Of a DNA stretch of 64,000 bases, positions 50,882 to 63,885 are shown in pieces. Both the position numbers and the translations under genes were made by a program. Origin of the DNA: Octopus vulgaris (lineage: Eukaryota); assembly GCA_951406725.2 (NCBI GenBank), contig OX597814.1, forward strand, positions 6,634,001 through 6,698,000, given 5' to 3'. Position 1 is the first letter of the stretch. The number at the start of each line of letters is the position of its first letter. Under the pieces are notes generated by a model. The model did not search any database, had not been told where the DNA came from, and worked only from the letters and a program-made list of their open reading frames with translations.

Positions 50882-52060
50882 ACGCCTTCAGGTAGATGGC
50901 CCTGCTCGATCTGTAAAAAAGGTGTAGGTAGAAACTCTATAAGGTGCACCAAGTGCAAGCTATGGACACATAAGAGGTGCAGCAATGTCAAAGGAAGGCT
51001 AACTAGGAAAATAGTTTTTGTCTGTGGCAGATGCTCAGGAGCAATAAACACTGAAAATGTGCAGAGACCAACGTCTACCACGTTCCAGGGAGAAAAACTA
51101 GAAGTAGTTGATAGCTTCCGCTACCTAGGTGACCAAGTCAGTAGCGGGGGCAGGTGTGCTGAAAGTGTAACTGCTAGAGTAAGAATAGCCTGGGCAAAGT
51201 TAAGAGAGCTCTTACCCCAACTGGTGACAAAAGGCCTCTTGCTCAGAGTAAAAGGCAGACTGTATGATGCATGTGTACGTACAGCCATGCTACATGGTAG
51301 TGAAACATGGGCTGTGACTGCTGAGGATATGCGTAAGCTCGCAAGAAATGAAGCCAGTATGCTCCGATGGATGTGTAATGTCAGTGTTCATAATCGACAG
51401 AGTGTAAGTACCTTGAGAGAAAAGTTGGACCTAAGAAGCATCAGTTGTGGTATGCAAGAGAGACGTCTGCACTGGTATGGGCATGTGACGAGAATGGGTG
51501 AAGATAGTTGTGTGCAAAAGTGCCACACTCTAGCAGTTGAAGGAACCTGTGGAAGAGGTAGACCCAGGAAAACCTGGGACGAGGTGGTGAAGCACGACCT
51601 TCGAACTTTAGGTCTCACCAAGGAAATGACTAGAGACCGAGACCTATGGAAGTATGCTGTGCGTGAGAAGACCCGGCAAGACCAGTGAGAACAGTCAAAA
51701 TCAAACCAAACCAAATCAGTTGCCAGCCTCGCCTGGCCCCTGTGCCGGTAGCACGTAAAAGCACCATCCGTTCGTGTCTGTTGCCAGCCTTGCCTGGCCC
51801 CCGTGCTGGTGGCACGTAAAAACACCATCCGTTCGTGGCCGTTTGCCAGCTCTGTCTGGCACCTGTGCAGGTGGCACGTAAAGAGCACCCACTACACTCA
51901 CGGAGTGGTTGGCGTTAGGAAGGGAATCCAGCCGTAGAAACACTGCCAGATCTGACTAGGCCTGATGAAGCCTTCCGGCTTCACAGACCCCAGTTAAACC
52001 GTCCAACCCATGCTAGCATGGAAAACGGACGCTAAATGATGATGATGATGATGATGATGT
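50882..52060 (+). mobile_element. Young 5'-truncated RTE family A copy
   Basis: Uninterrupted frame from WPCSIC (50897) to the stop at 51688, then the complete 3'UTR and (GAT)n tail. Confidence 0.95.
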
Positions 52061-53017
52061 TCATCTGGCGCTAATTTACGTAATAATAGTCTTACTTTTT
52101 CATTGTCCATCCACGACTTGCAATCTTCCCTGAAGATTTCTTCATACCTTCTAAAATATGCTGCAAATGTTACACCTTCCTCTGAGCCATAACTGAATTC
52201 TGTTATAGAGTTCGCTATGCCATCTGGCAAAAATGAACTTATAGTGTTTTCAGACTTCTTAAGACACAACTCCATTAATTGTTGTTTTTCCTGTTGCTGA
52301 AGTAGTTTCTGCAACTCTTGTTGCTGTTTTTGCAATTGTTTTAAAGAAGCTAATAGGTCTTCCATCATTAATAACTTTGTATCATGAAAATTTGTTAACT
52401 GACCTGCGTGAGCTTCGAATCCTCATCACCAATTATTGTAATGTAGTTACTCGTCACTACAATTAACGATTATACTTTTTCCCCCACTATGATGTGCCGG
52501 TGGGACGTAAAAAAACTATCTGAACGTGGCCATTGCCAGTACCGCCTCGACTGGCCTCCGTGCCAGTGGCACATAGAAAGCACCAACCGATCGTGGCTGT
52601 TGCCAGCCTCGCCTGACACCTGTGCCGGTGACACGTAAAAAGCATCCATTATACTCTCAGAGTGGTTGGTGTTAGGAAGGGCATCCAGCTGTAGAAACAC
52701 TGCTAGATCAGATTGGAGCCTGGTGCAGCCTCCTGGCTTCCCAGACCCTAGTCGAACCCTCCAACCCATGCTAGCATGGAAAGCAGACGTTAAACGATGA
52801 TGATGATGATGTTTGAGTAGTAACAATTAAACATTTAATGAAGTAACAACAATTAACAATCCAACAAACTCTCCATGAACCGGACACAAACAAACAAATG
52901 ATATTCCAAGAAACTATCCAAAGGACACCTTACAACTTCCTACCATTAATGCCTACCCTGTCTCTCATTCAGACCGCTACTATTTATAGTTGTTTGGTCA
53001 AGTCTATTCTTGCAACA
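52060..53017 (-). mobile_element. Ty3/Gypsy-type LTR retrotransposon 5' end: LTR, PBS and gag start
   Basis: Minus-strand LTR TGTTGCA...TTACA (53017-52437) with CTATAAATAG, interrupted by an RTE tail at ~52490-52812. PBS TGGTGATGAGGAT. Gag-like ORF MEDLL..EFSYGSEEGVTFAAYFRRYEEIF..KVRLLLRKL. Confidence 0.8.
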
Positions 53018-53797
53018 CTATCTATTAATCTTATATGTATATATGTGCCTATGTATGATTGTATGCATGTCGGTAGGTAGGTAGACAGATCAGTTTTATG
53101 GATTTTTCATTTCCATGTGGTGTTTGGAGTAAACAATATCTTTTGCTGTTGAGTTGCCAGGGTTAATTCTGTAATTAGACAACAACACTACAATGTTGTT
53201 ATATTGTAACGTAATAGCAACAAAATGAATCTATGTGTTTCATTACTGCGTAATGTATAGAGGCTTAGTCTTAGATAAACTTCAGTGAGACTGACTTGCT
53301 CATGACATACTCCATAGAAACAAGGTGTTAACAATCCAAATAGTGACAGGGCTACCTTTCACCACTCTTCCTCAAGTCACACTTGGCTGAATTTAAAGAA
53401 TGTCTACATACCAACCTATATATTTGTGTTAATATCTCAAAGGGTAGCCATGCATTTTGTCCTTGACATGTCTCCACCAACTTAGCTGTAAATTTCAATG
53501 AACCCATTTATATACCTGTAAACAGGTACGCAAATCCCTCGAGTCCTTGCCAGGCTTTATCAAGTGGGATGATGAGAAACAGTGTTCCGATGGTAAACAA
53601 CCTGAATTTTAACATCTCATGCAGTCGAAATTCTTCACCTTAAATTAACTTTGCTGTGGTGGCATTTTCTATAATCCCTGCTGCTGGGAAATGTACTTCA
53701 GTGACTCATGTAAGACTGGCAGCAGCCAGGTGAAAGATGCTTTCACACACACACACTGTAATGGCCAACAGGCTCACCTGTCATGTACTCATTCATT

Positions 53798-54177
53798 GTG
53801 GAGGCGAAATGGCCCAGTGGTTAGGGCAGCGGACTCGCGGTCGTAGGATCGCGGTTTCAATTCCCAGACCAGGCGTTGTGAGTGTTTATTGAGCGAAAAC
53901 ACCTAAAAATGCTCCACGAGGCGCCGGCAGGGGATGGTGGTGATCCCTGCTGTACTCTTTCACCACAACTTTCTCTTACTTCCTGTTTCTGTTGTACCTG
54001 TATTTGAAAGGGCCGGCCTTGTCACTCTTTGTGTCACGCTGAATATCCCCGAGAACTACGTTAAGGGTACACGTGTCTGTGGAGTGCTCAGCCACTTACA
54101 CGTTAATTTCACGAGCAGGCTGTTCCGTTGATCGGATCAACCGGAACCCTCGTCGTCGTAACTGACGGAGTGCTTCC
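53798..54177 (+). mobile_element. tRNA-derived SINE family 3
   Basis: TGGCCCAGTGG A box and GGTTTCAATTCC B-box-like motif; inverted copies at 34.2 kb and 37.9 kb. Confidence 0.9.
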
Positions 54178-54329
54178 TCCTCCATTGTCTACCCTACATT
54201 CCCTAGTCATGATAATTCTGGAAACAGCATCCACACAAAGGAAGCTTTTATGCCTGCATCAGACCTCACAATCTCATCGCAACACACTTCTTTATATGAC
54301 TGTCCTCCTCCTTACACATCACGTTACTC

Positions 54330-55200
54330 CCACCAGTGCAGTCCTGCTCACAACATGTGATGCCATCTGATGCCCAGTTATCCTGTCAACACAGTTACAC
54401 TTTGACACTGATATTACACACCAACAGAGCATGCAGGTTTCATTTCTTTCCAGTCTTTGCGTATCCTCTGTATTCACAACATGTTTCACTTTCATGCAAC
54501 AACTGATTTCTTGCTAACCAGGGCCTTGGTCTTTGCTAAGATCTTTTGATTCCAATTTCTGTTTCCACACCTAGAATTTCTTTTCTTATTCTGTTACAGA
54601 TTCTGCTATGAGGGCATGATCATCAGCATATAGTAGCTCCCATGGGCTCCCAACCTTAAATTCCTGTTATGGTCTTGAGGAAGATGATGAATAGGAGGGG
54701 GCTGAGAACTGACCATTGGTGGACACCCACCTGTACATTAAATTCATCACTGTATTTATGGCCAACTCTTACCTTGCTAAAAGTACCCTTGTAAATGGTT
54801 TGTAGTGCTTTCACAAGCCATTTCATCCATCCCTAGCTTCCTCACAGACCACCATATCACAGTGTGAGGTATTCTGTTGGAGGCTTTCTCTAGACCAACA
54901 AATGCCAAGAACGACAGCTTGTTCTTAGCTAAATACTCCTCTTGCAGTTGCTTGACTGTGAAAATAGCCTCAGTGGAGCTTCTCCCTGGGACAAAGCCAA
55001 ACTGCATTTGTCTAACCTAATTCTGTTCCTAATTAATTGGGCTATAACTCTTACTGTGATTTTCATCAACTGAGCCAGAAGTTTGATGCCTCTATAATTG
55101 CTTCTAAGGCATCTGCTTTATCCTTATAGCACCTAACGATAAGGTAGTGGCGCCTGATGAACCAGGGACTTTCCCTGTAGTGGTAGGCCCTTCATTTGGG
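54330..55200 (-). mobile_element. Old RTE RT fragment
   Basis: QFGFVPGRSSTEAIF..LAFVGLEKA, and a YADD codon block at about 54620-54635. Confidence 0.82.
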
Positions 55201-55870
55201 ATGCTACATGCTGTAACGCCTTCTCTAACGGCAACTCGGTGTCATCAACTACCAGCCCAAGCTTCACTGAGAAAAGCAAACTGCAAGGTATCAGTTGCTC
55301 TCTGAGAGGTTTATGGTTAAACTTGTGGCAGTGGAAACCTCTGGCATTCTTGGCCCCTGATCCACATCTCTACTCACCGCTACTGGGGTGAAGAAGTGCA
55401 AGCCCCAGGAGTCAGAGTGGCTGATCCAGCTCATCTCCCTGGCCATCTTCCAAGACAACATCTTTTCCAATTTGTCTGTAGAGGCCATGGGAAATGTTTC
55501 TATATGGTGAGTGGATTTGGTAGACAAGAACTGAAAGAAGTGGAGTAATAAGAAATCTTCAGGAACCTGTTCATAGATCATAAAATGTTTTAACAAATTG
55601 GCTAATAATAAAGGCCTGGAACTAATACCAGTCATGACAGCAGGTTGTAAACAAGTGTCACTGTTATACAAGTGGTGTCCAATGTTTTGTGAAAATATCT
55701 CTGTCCATGAGGAAACATCTTGCTTGGAAACATGTTAGTGGCAGAAAGAGCATCCAGCAGTAGAAAATTTCCTTAACATATTCTGTCTGACTGATAGAAT
55801 CGTGGAAACGTAGGCATTAAACCCATGATGATGATGAAGATGGTGATACTGGTGTGTGCTGGTGCAATTA

Positions 55871-56090
55871 AGGCGGCGAGCTGGCAGAACCGTTTGCACA
55901 TCGGGTGAAATGCTTTGCGGTATTTCGTCTGCTGCTATGTTCTGAGTTCAAATTCCGCCGGAGTCGACTTTGCCTTTCATCCTTTTGGGATCGATTAAAT
56001 AAGTACCAGTTACGCACTGGGGTCGACATAATCGACTTAATCTATTTGTCTGTCCTTGTTTAGCTCCTTGTGGGTAGTAAAGAAATAGGA
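55871..56090 (+). mobile_element. SINE family 2 (complete)
   Basis: GGCGGCGAGCTGGCAGAA...GAGTTCAAATTCCGCC..GTCGACTTTGCCTTTCATCC. Confidence 0.9.
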
Positions 56091-56299
56091 TGGTGATGCT
56101 GGTGACGCTGATAATGGTGATAATGTTATTTTCATACAATTTAATTCAGGCCAAACTAAATAATACTTGCTAAACTGTCAAATTGTGTGAAGGAATTATT
56201 GCTGTAGCAGTTGCATGCAGCAGGTCTTTGACCTCATACAGAAGGTGACCTGGAATTGAATGCGATGAAGTGGAAAACTTGTCAAAAAAAGCCAGCTTC

Positions 56300-56805
56300 T
56301 ATATATGGCCGAAGTGGGAAAACCAAAAATGGCTTGAAAGTCATAACATACCGGCAGGAAATAACATCATTAGGTGAGACAAGCTGACACTGAATTAGCT
56401 TCGCTGATTGACAGGTGATGGTCGTTTAGAGAATGCGTGGGCTAAGACTACGCGCCTTCATAGGTCAGTTAAAGTTGAGACAGTGTCACATGACAACTTG
56501 CTGGGGCTGCCTGCTGGAGCCTAGCAGCGAGTATTTAAAGGGAAAAAATTTGACGAGTCAGTCAGTCGCCCGCTGACACTCGTTGACACTACATCGAAGA
56601 GGCCAGGGAACAGAAAAAAGAAGACATGCACCCAACACCAGAGCTGAAGACACCTCCGAAAGGGGGTGGGGCCACCACGTCAAAACGGTAGAAGAGTAGG
56701 GGCCGAAACCAGACGTGGTTCCTCCTGATGATGTCTTGAGCTAACTGGATCCTATAAAGGAGCTGTTGTGGTAGCAGACCACGAAACACGGTTGTAATTC
56801 CTCAA
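56300..56805 (+). other. Unclassified LTR- or pseudo-LTR-like segment
   Basis: Locally GC/CpG-richer, with TATTTAAAG followed by CAGTCAGTC, and two CTGANGA...GAAAC motifs. Confidence 0.35.
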
Positions 56806-57458
56806 TTAAGAAGACTAAATTGTTTTATTTGTTGCGGATTTCTGTATTTTGAATTCAAATTCCACAGCAACCAACCAACTTCTTTGTCTTTCATCTTCCC
56901 AGTTTTGATAAAATGACTGGAAGTGAGTAGGGGTGAGTAGGGGTGAGCAGGTGGGAATTTCAGGGTATTGGGACACAGTGTCCTGTGCTTCCTTTTCTGG
57001 TAGTATATAACAATTGCAACATCACTGGGGGGGGGGGGAGCTCCATTAACCCTCGACTTTCTGACAACATCAGTGACATGAGAAAGGAAGACCCGGTGGT
57101 GGGGAGCGGAGCAACTGCAGGTCTTCCATAAAGAAATGTTAACCATGTCTGCACCTTGGAGAACAACCTCACAAGTGTACAACCATAATCTCACAACACG
57201 TGGTTCACACACACTGTTATATATCAATACTGTGTGTATATAGGGCGGGGATAGGAGGTCCAAGATTAACTGAAATGACATCTGTACTGTACTATGTACG
57301 TATAAGAGAATGATAGAGCAGAGTGATAGACAGGCCTGGAGCTAAGAAGGAATGTCATTAATGAGGTTATGAATAGTAACAAAAGAATTCTCACAAACCA
57401 AGCTGATGCATTGAACGATTGATTCTATAGAAAATAGGTAAATTGATTTATTTTCAAA

Positions 57459-57853
57459 CTAGCAGTATCGCCCGGCGTTGCTCGGGTTTGTAAGGGAAAT
57501 AACTATATAAGCATTTTTAGAGATGTAAAGTATAATAGCCATCTCAATATGGCTAACCACAAAGTGGGGGTTTTACTGTAGCTTTTTACGTTCTGAGATT
57601 TAATAATACATTTTTAGAGAGTTACTTCCCTTATATAATAGCAAAAAAAGCATTAAAAATGGGGAAAAATGATGGTAAATTTTTTTTTAAATCGTAGACT
57701 AATCGTAGACGCACGTTAATACCCAGAAGGGCTCGATATGAATCATGACTATAAGATACCCGGTTTTGGTTAAACTGAACCGCAAAATGTGGGAGTAGTT
57801 AGGAATCTAGATCGTAGGAGACAGACACACAACTTCACTTTTATATATAAAGA
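57459..57853 (-). mobile_element. Non-autonomous Helitron
   Basis: Minus strand has a 5'-TC start, a subterminal hairpin CCCGAGCAACGCCGGG and a 3'-CTAG end. Inserted between A and T with no TSD. Confidence 0.9.
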
Positions 57854-58024
57854 TGTCTTGAGTCTCCAATTGATTTCAATGTCTTTCTCAAACTATCCAC
57901 CGTCTGTCTGTTTGTCTGTCTCTCTCTCTCTCCCTCTCTGTCTACCCATAATGCTATCAGTCCTTCTGTCTGTCTACCTGTCTTCTGTTGGTTTGTCTAT
58001 GTATATATACATGTGTGCATGTAC

Positions 58025-59060
58025 GTATGTATGTATGTATGTATGTATGTATGTATGTCATTATGTAGTTTTATTTCAAGATTTCTTGCCAATAGAGAAA
58101 GAGCTGGTTTCTAACCTAGATTCAAGGCTCCTTCAATGGAATTTCAGCATCAACAACAGCATATTTTTGTATGAATGTATGTGCAGATTTGTATGTTTTA
58201 TTTTATGTATATATTCTCCTGCATATAGTTACATATCTAGACATGCTCATACATATTCAAAAGATAAACTTCTGGAAAGTTTTACAGATTTTTACAGTTC
58301 CAGTGATGGATTGGATCTATAGTCTTCCAATTAGCTTTCTCCTTTCTGGTTTTGAGAAGCCTAATTTCTCAAGATTGGCATTTAGGCAGTGTGTTACATA
58401 TCCCAGGGACCCAATAATTACAGGTATAAACCTGAACTTGTAATCTGGAAAGAGTAACTGCAGATTTCTCAATAGCTCAGCATAGGTGTTCTCTTTATGT
58501 TAACATCCATGGGGCAGCTAATTTCCACAACTCTTCACAGTTTCTCTTCTCTATCCCAAATCATTATATCAAATCCATTGTGCTTACATTTTATTGAGGT
58601 CTTCATTGGTACATTCCACCAGCATTCCTTTTTATTATGAGTGGCAATGGCTTCTACCATATTGTGGGTTCTTAATTCCTTGTCCTTGGGATTATCCTTC
58701 TGACAGATTTCATTATAGAGTGTCCTAGCTACAATATCATGTCTCATCAGCAGATAATATTGTGATGACATTTTTGGACAACTGCTTATGATGTGGGTGA
58801 TATCCTCAGTGTGAACTCCACAATGTCCGCATCGGTTGTCACACTTTTTACTACTTTTCCTGTGTCTCCGTCCCTTTTGTGCATCAGTACTCAGTTGATA
58901 TTTCCTGTTCCTGGATTGCAAGCACATACCTTTAAAGTGGCTACTGGTCCATGATAAACTGCTTTGATGATTGATGTTACTATCATCTCAGAGCTTTCTA
59001 CTAACACATCCATGCATAGTCTTCTGTTCATGTAGGCTCATCCTTTCATCTGATGATACA
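58025..59060 (-). mobile_element. R4-like non-LTR retrotransposon 3' part ((CATA)n-associated family)
   Basis: CGHCGVHTEDITHIISSC (CCHC), RHDIVA and WWN..DIMIWD; the 3'UTR ends in (CATA)n. Confidence 0.88.
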
Positions 59061-59071
59061 TTGCAGTAGAT

Positions 59072-59582
59072 GTGTGCAGTAGATATAATGACATGCATAA
59101 GATCTGGTCATCAAATCAAAGTAGAGACTTCAAACTTGAAATCTTCAAAGCCACAGTCGAACCAATTCTACTATATGGCTCAGAAACCTGGACGTTATCA
59201 AAGAAGCTTGAGAAGCTGTTGGATGGAACCTACACTCGCCTCCTTATGAGAGCTCAAAATCTCTCGTGGAAGCGCCATCCAACCAAAATGCAAATATATG
59301 GGAAACTACCACCTGTGTCATCTCTTGTGAAAGGTAGGAGAGTCCAGTTTGCTGGACATTGTTGCAGAACTGAAAACGAGGTAATTTCTACTCTTCTCCT
59401 CTGGAAGCCATCTACTCGCAATACCAGAGGGCGCACACTCTCCTACCCTGATGTAATCTCCAGGGATACAGGCATCCAGCAACAGGACCTCCGTAATGAC
59501 ATGATGGACCGTGAAGTCTGGCGTAGCATGGTAAATTCCATTGTCTCGACCACGGTCGAACAATGATGATGATGATGATGAG
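59072..59582 (+). mobile_element. RTE-like LINE family B 3' fragment
   Basis: VEPILLYGSETW..RRVQFAGHC..DREVWR stop, then a (GAT)n tail immediately after the ORF. Confidence 0.9.
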
Positions 59583-59665
59583 ATGTGTGCAACTTCTTTG
59601 GGCACATATTTGAGGCTATCAGCCAAAGAGTGTTGCTCAAGGAGCTCCCTATTTATGCATGTATG

Positions 59666-60690
59666 TATGAAGTGGTATCAAAAGATTCCTGGACTATGTT
59701 TATGTGGTGTGTGCACGATTTGAATATAAAGGCACCTACCTTCTCTTCCTCGTGATGGAGACCCTTCTGTGGTAGCTAATCCTTCGACACAGCCCCGACC
59801 TGAACACTAAAGATAGCAGCTGCTCACCCAAACCCTTAGCGACCGTCCTCACACGTCTTGTCGCCTGAACGACCCACGTTGGAAAGGCCCAATTGACCGC
59901 TGCCTGCGCACGCCTGACAGCTGCCCCTTCCGGTTGCCCCAGCTTCCGGTCAACGCACCCAGCTGCTGATGTCATCCCACAGTTTAATAAAAAAATAACT
60001 TATTTACCTCAGTTTTTATCACCCTCTCCTTTGAAATAGTGACCTTGCACAGTAATACACTGGTCCCAGCATTTCTGAATTTGAGCTGCCTTTTCATCTT
60101 GGGGAAGAGATGGGAGTCCACAGGTGCTAAATTTGGTGAATAGGGTGAGTGTGGAAGCAGTGCCATGTTGCTTTTGGCAAGAAACTCATGAATGAGGAGA
60201 GCTTGGTGAAGAATCAAATTCTCTGCACTCCAGAGATTCAATCACTTTCGTTGAATCTCCTCCTGCAAATGCTTCAAAACGTAGCAGCAGAACTCTCAAA
60301 TGATGGCCGGGTTCTGGAGAATGAATTCTCAATGTTACATTTCCAGGTCTTCCAGATCTCTCTTAATCTTCCAGGGATGTTCTTCTGCTTTTGAAGCGCC
60401 CATGCCACATAAAACATTTGCATATGACCATTACTTTGTCACCACAAGCTTGCCAAAGAAATGCTCAATGTCTCTGTAACAGAATACCCAAGTTTAACAC
60501 AAAATTTCACATTGGCTGTCCATGATGAAATCACAGACGACAGCATTAATGTGATCGCAAAAACATTCACAATTTGCAAAGTAAATACAGTGATGTCACT
60601 TGGTACACTGCCTCATAAAGGTCACTGCTAGCTCTCACTTGCACATGCAACCATGTGCTGCCATCTGGAACTTTTTGAAAGCACCTCGGT
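59666..60690 (-). mobile_element. Decayed mariner element with an unrelated GC-rich insert (~59735-59982)
   Basis: PHSPYSPNLAPVDSHLFPKMKRQLK; imperfect TIRs at 59666-59694 and 60665-60690. Confidence 0.75.
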
Positions 60691-61075
60691 ATGTATGTAT
60701 GCATCTGTGTGTGTGTGTGTGTGTGTGTGTGCGTGCGTGTGTGTTTCTGATTATTTAAATTCTTCCTCTAAAGAAGGAGCTGGTTTTCAACAAAGATACA
60801 AAACACTTTTATTAGAATTTAGGTAACAAAAGCAATATAACTTGAGAAAATCTTGCATATTTTTATTGTTCCAATTACAAACTGTATTTGTAATGCATGT
60901 GTTAGCTGGTTGATTTTGTTTTCTGAAAACCCTAGCTCTTCCAGGCATTTAATCCCCAAATACAGCATGCATGTTTGTGTGCATGCATGCTATATTTGGA
61001 GCCAGTGCATTTACAGGTTTTTTGGTCTTGTTTTATATATATATTCTCATACATCATCTAACAACAGGAGTGTCT

Positions 61076-61114
<39 letters not shown>

Positions 61115-61117
<3 letters not shown>

Positions 61118-61422
61118 CGGTGGCACGTAAATAGCACCATCCGAACGTGGCCGATGCCAGCGCCACCTTGACTGGCTTCTGTGGCGGTGGCACATAAAAA
61201 GCACCAACCGATCGTGGCTGCTGCCAGCCTCCCCTGGCACATAAAAAGTACCCACTACACTCACGGAGTGGTTGGCGTTAGGAAGGGCATCCAGCTGTAG
61301 AAACACTGCCAGATCAGACTGGAGCCTGGTGCAGCCTCCTGGCTTCCCAGACCCCAGTCGAACCATCAAACCCATGCTAGCACAGAAAACGAACGTTAAA
61401 CGATGATGATGATGATGATGAT
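61115..61422 (+). mobile_element. RTE family A 3' tail
   Basis: Family modules and (GAT)n. Confidence 0.88.
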
Positions 61423-61429
61423 AGTTGCA

Positions 61430-61680
61430 TACCAAGATATGCTCATATATACTTAAATAACCTTCTGGAAATTTTACAAATTTTTACTGTTCCACTGATG
61501 TCTTGGATCTGTAGTCTTTGAATCATTTTTCTCCTTTGTAGATTTGAAAAGCCAAATTTCTCAAGATTGATACTTAGGCAGTTTGTTACATATCCCAATT
61601 CCCCAAATAATTACAATTATAAACCTGAACTTGTAATTCAGGTAGAGTAACAGATTTCTCCACAGTTCAGCATATGTATG
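61430..61680 (-). mobile_element. (CATA)n-associated R4-like 3' fragment
   Basis: Matches 35.5-35.8 kb and 58.25-58.5 kb. Confidence 0.75.
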
Positions 61681-61794
61681 TATGTATGTGTGCATGCATT
61701 TACGTATATATGTATGCAAGTATGTATGTATGTATGTAAGTGGGTAGGTGAGTGGGTAGGTAAGTAGGTATACATGTGTCTAACCTACTTACCA

Positions 61795-63331
61795 AAACTG
61801 CTCTTCAAAACTATAAAGCCAGTGCACTATCTGTTTTTTCTGGTGAACTATATGACGCAAATTTATGAAACTCACCTCCAGATAGGAAATGGAATAGAAG
61901 AAGGCATTGCAATATTCAAATTTATTGAAATCCAAAGCTAATTTAGATAATAATTTTTAAAAAAACATACAGAGCCAGTAACTATGTTCAAATCTATAAT
62001 GCCAGATGAAATAATGTTGCAAAACTAATGCAAAACAGGAGAATTATGATGTATTTCTATGATATTCTCATGCAATACATCAACAAGAGGGCGTTTGGTC
62101 ACCATCTTTCTGGATTACTTCAAAGGAATGGGATTTTATGCTCCCAATCAACTTCTGCAGCAAATCAAGTGGAAGCTCTTCTTTATTGCTATTTCAAGTT
62201 TGTCAACAGATGGATACTGCTTGCCATTGCTGTACACAACATTCGTGGGATAATCCCCAGGCATTCTCTATAGGATTAAGGTCAGAACTTCTTGCTGACC
62301 ATGGCATGACTTCAACCTCAATTGCATGGAGGAAATCCAAAGTTGCCTTTGCTTTCGTTACTAACCTGGCTGAAACCACCTCTGGCTCTGTTGTACAAAT
62401 GTCTTGTTTTCATAAGTTTTGCATCAAAATATACCACCAAACCTTATTTGCAATTTATGTTCCTTGTTATGGAGTCTTCCTTCTTCACCAATGTGAGCCC
62501 TGACCAGCACATCAATGTATTCTGCAGGATTGAAACAGCCACCCAAGATGACAAATGGCAGCTTCCCATCGGCAGCTATTGTTCCCTACATCATAAGAAT
62601 TCCTCTGCTGTTCTGCCTCTTGGAATAAGTAGAAGTTTGTATACATTTATCTTGTAACTATTGGGACCATCTAAATTCCATGTTTTCAGAGAACAAAACC
62701 TTGGTCCATTCACCATCCAACGTCTGATGCTACTGAGCAAACTTCAAAAACAGACGACCATAGTTTCAATTCACTCTTCTTATGGTAGATGTCAAGGCTC
62801 CTACTCCTGCTGATGCCTTGATTTTGGAAACAGAAGGGCAGTGACATCTTCACAGCTCTGGCAATGACCCTTTCACCCTTGGAACATCCACCCTGTTGTG
62901 GCCATTGGGATCTTTCAGAAAATTGTCCACTGATGGCCTGCTTTGGTGAATCTTCTCAGCAATCTTCTGATTACCCATTCCTTCCACTTTCAGTGCAAGA
63001 ACCCTCCCTGGCTCAATTTCAGAAAGCTTTGTAGCTTTAGGCATTCTAGAAATGTAATCTGGATTGTGGAGAAAATGGCTGAGTCGAATATTTTCCGAAA
63101 CAGTCTGGAAGGAGACGAAAAGTAGCTTTATAGTCTTGGAGTGTTGATATGCAACGGGGAAAATTGGGAAACCAGGTGTTGTAGTGGGATAATAAAGGTA
63201 TGGGGTTTACATTTCAAAGTATTCACAAACTACCCATTTACAATATATCGTGGCCCTTAATTCACTGAAATGCAGGGCTAAATTTCAAAATAACTGAAAA
63301 AGACGGCTTTATAGTTTTGAACAGCAGTTTA
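61795..63331 (-). mobile_element. Decayed Tc1/Tc3-like DNA transposon with a nested partial piggyBac MITE (~62352-62465)
   Basis: MPKATKLSEIE..IAEKIHQSRPSVDNFLKDP (Tc3-like HTH), WTKVLFSE..WNLDGP and WSARSSDLNPIENAWG. TIR-like AAACTGCT(C/G)TTCAAAACTATAAA at both ends. Confidence 0.8.
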
Positions 63332-63416
63332 CTTACCTACCTCCTTACATACCTATCTATCTACGTATCTATCTGTCTGTTTGTCTCTCGTCCTACCTAC
63401 CTGCCCACTTACATAG

Positions 63417-63449
<33 letters not shown>

Positions 63450-63531
63450 CGTCTGTCTCACAACATTATGATTATTCCTTCCTTAACACTTTCTAAATTC
63501 CCTACCTACCTACCTACTAACATATCTATCT

Positions 63532-63885
63532 TTACAAAAAAAAAAAAAAAGAAATATAACATGTGACTTCATTGACCAAAGTTACCGTGGCCTTTTCCGT
63601 AGGCTTTTCTTTCCGCGGGTAAACCTCACCTGTCCTCCCCTTTACACTTCAAATTGACATTTCTGTGATAACGATCCCTATTGATCAATTTTTTTTCCTT
63701 TCCCTTTTTGTCCTCCCCACTCCATTTTTTTAAAAAATTTTATTCCCCTCTTTTTTGTCCTCTTTCTATCCCTTTACGATCCCTTTTGATCGAAAACCAA
63801 ACCCCCTTTTTTTACCCCCAAAAGAAAAGCTCTACCTTGTAATTTGTCCTGTCTGTGTGCAGCCCTGTGTGGCTAATAAAGAAAC
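63532..63885 (+). mobile_element. Unclassified short retroposed insertion within (CTAT)n/(CCTA)n repeats
   Basis: Flanked by the direct repeat ACATATCTATCT. The tail GGCTAATAAAGAAA resembles the SINE family 2 tail GGGTAGTAAAGAAA. Confidence 0.4.

Noticed and set aside
51994-52368. Gln-rich ORF ending in poly-His as a host gene
   Set aside because: Gag-like sequence downstream of an LTR and PBS, truncated by an RTE (GAT)n tail.
61876-61937. Possible minus-strand exon with a GTGAGT donor
   Set aside because: Lies between TIR-like sequences of the Tc3-like relic; peptide not recognised.
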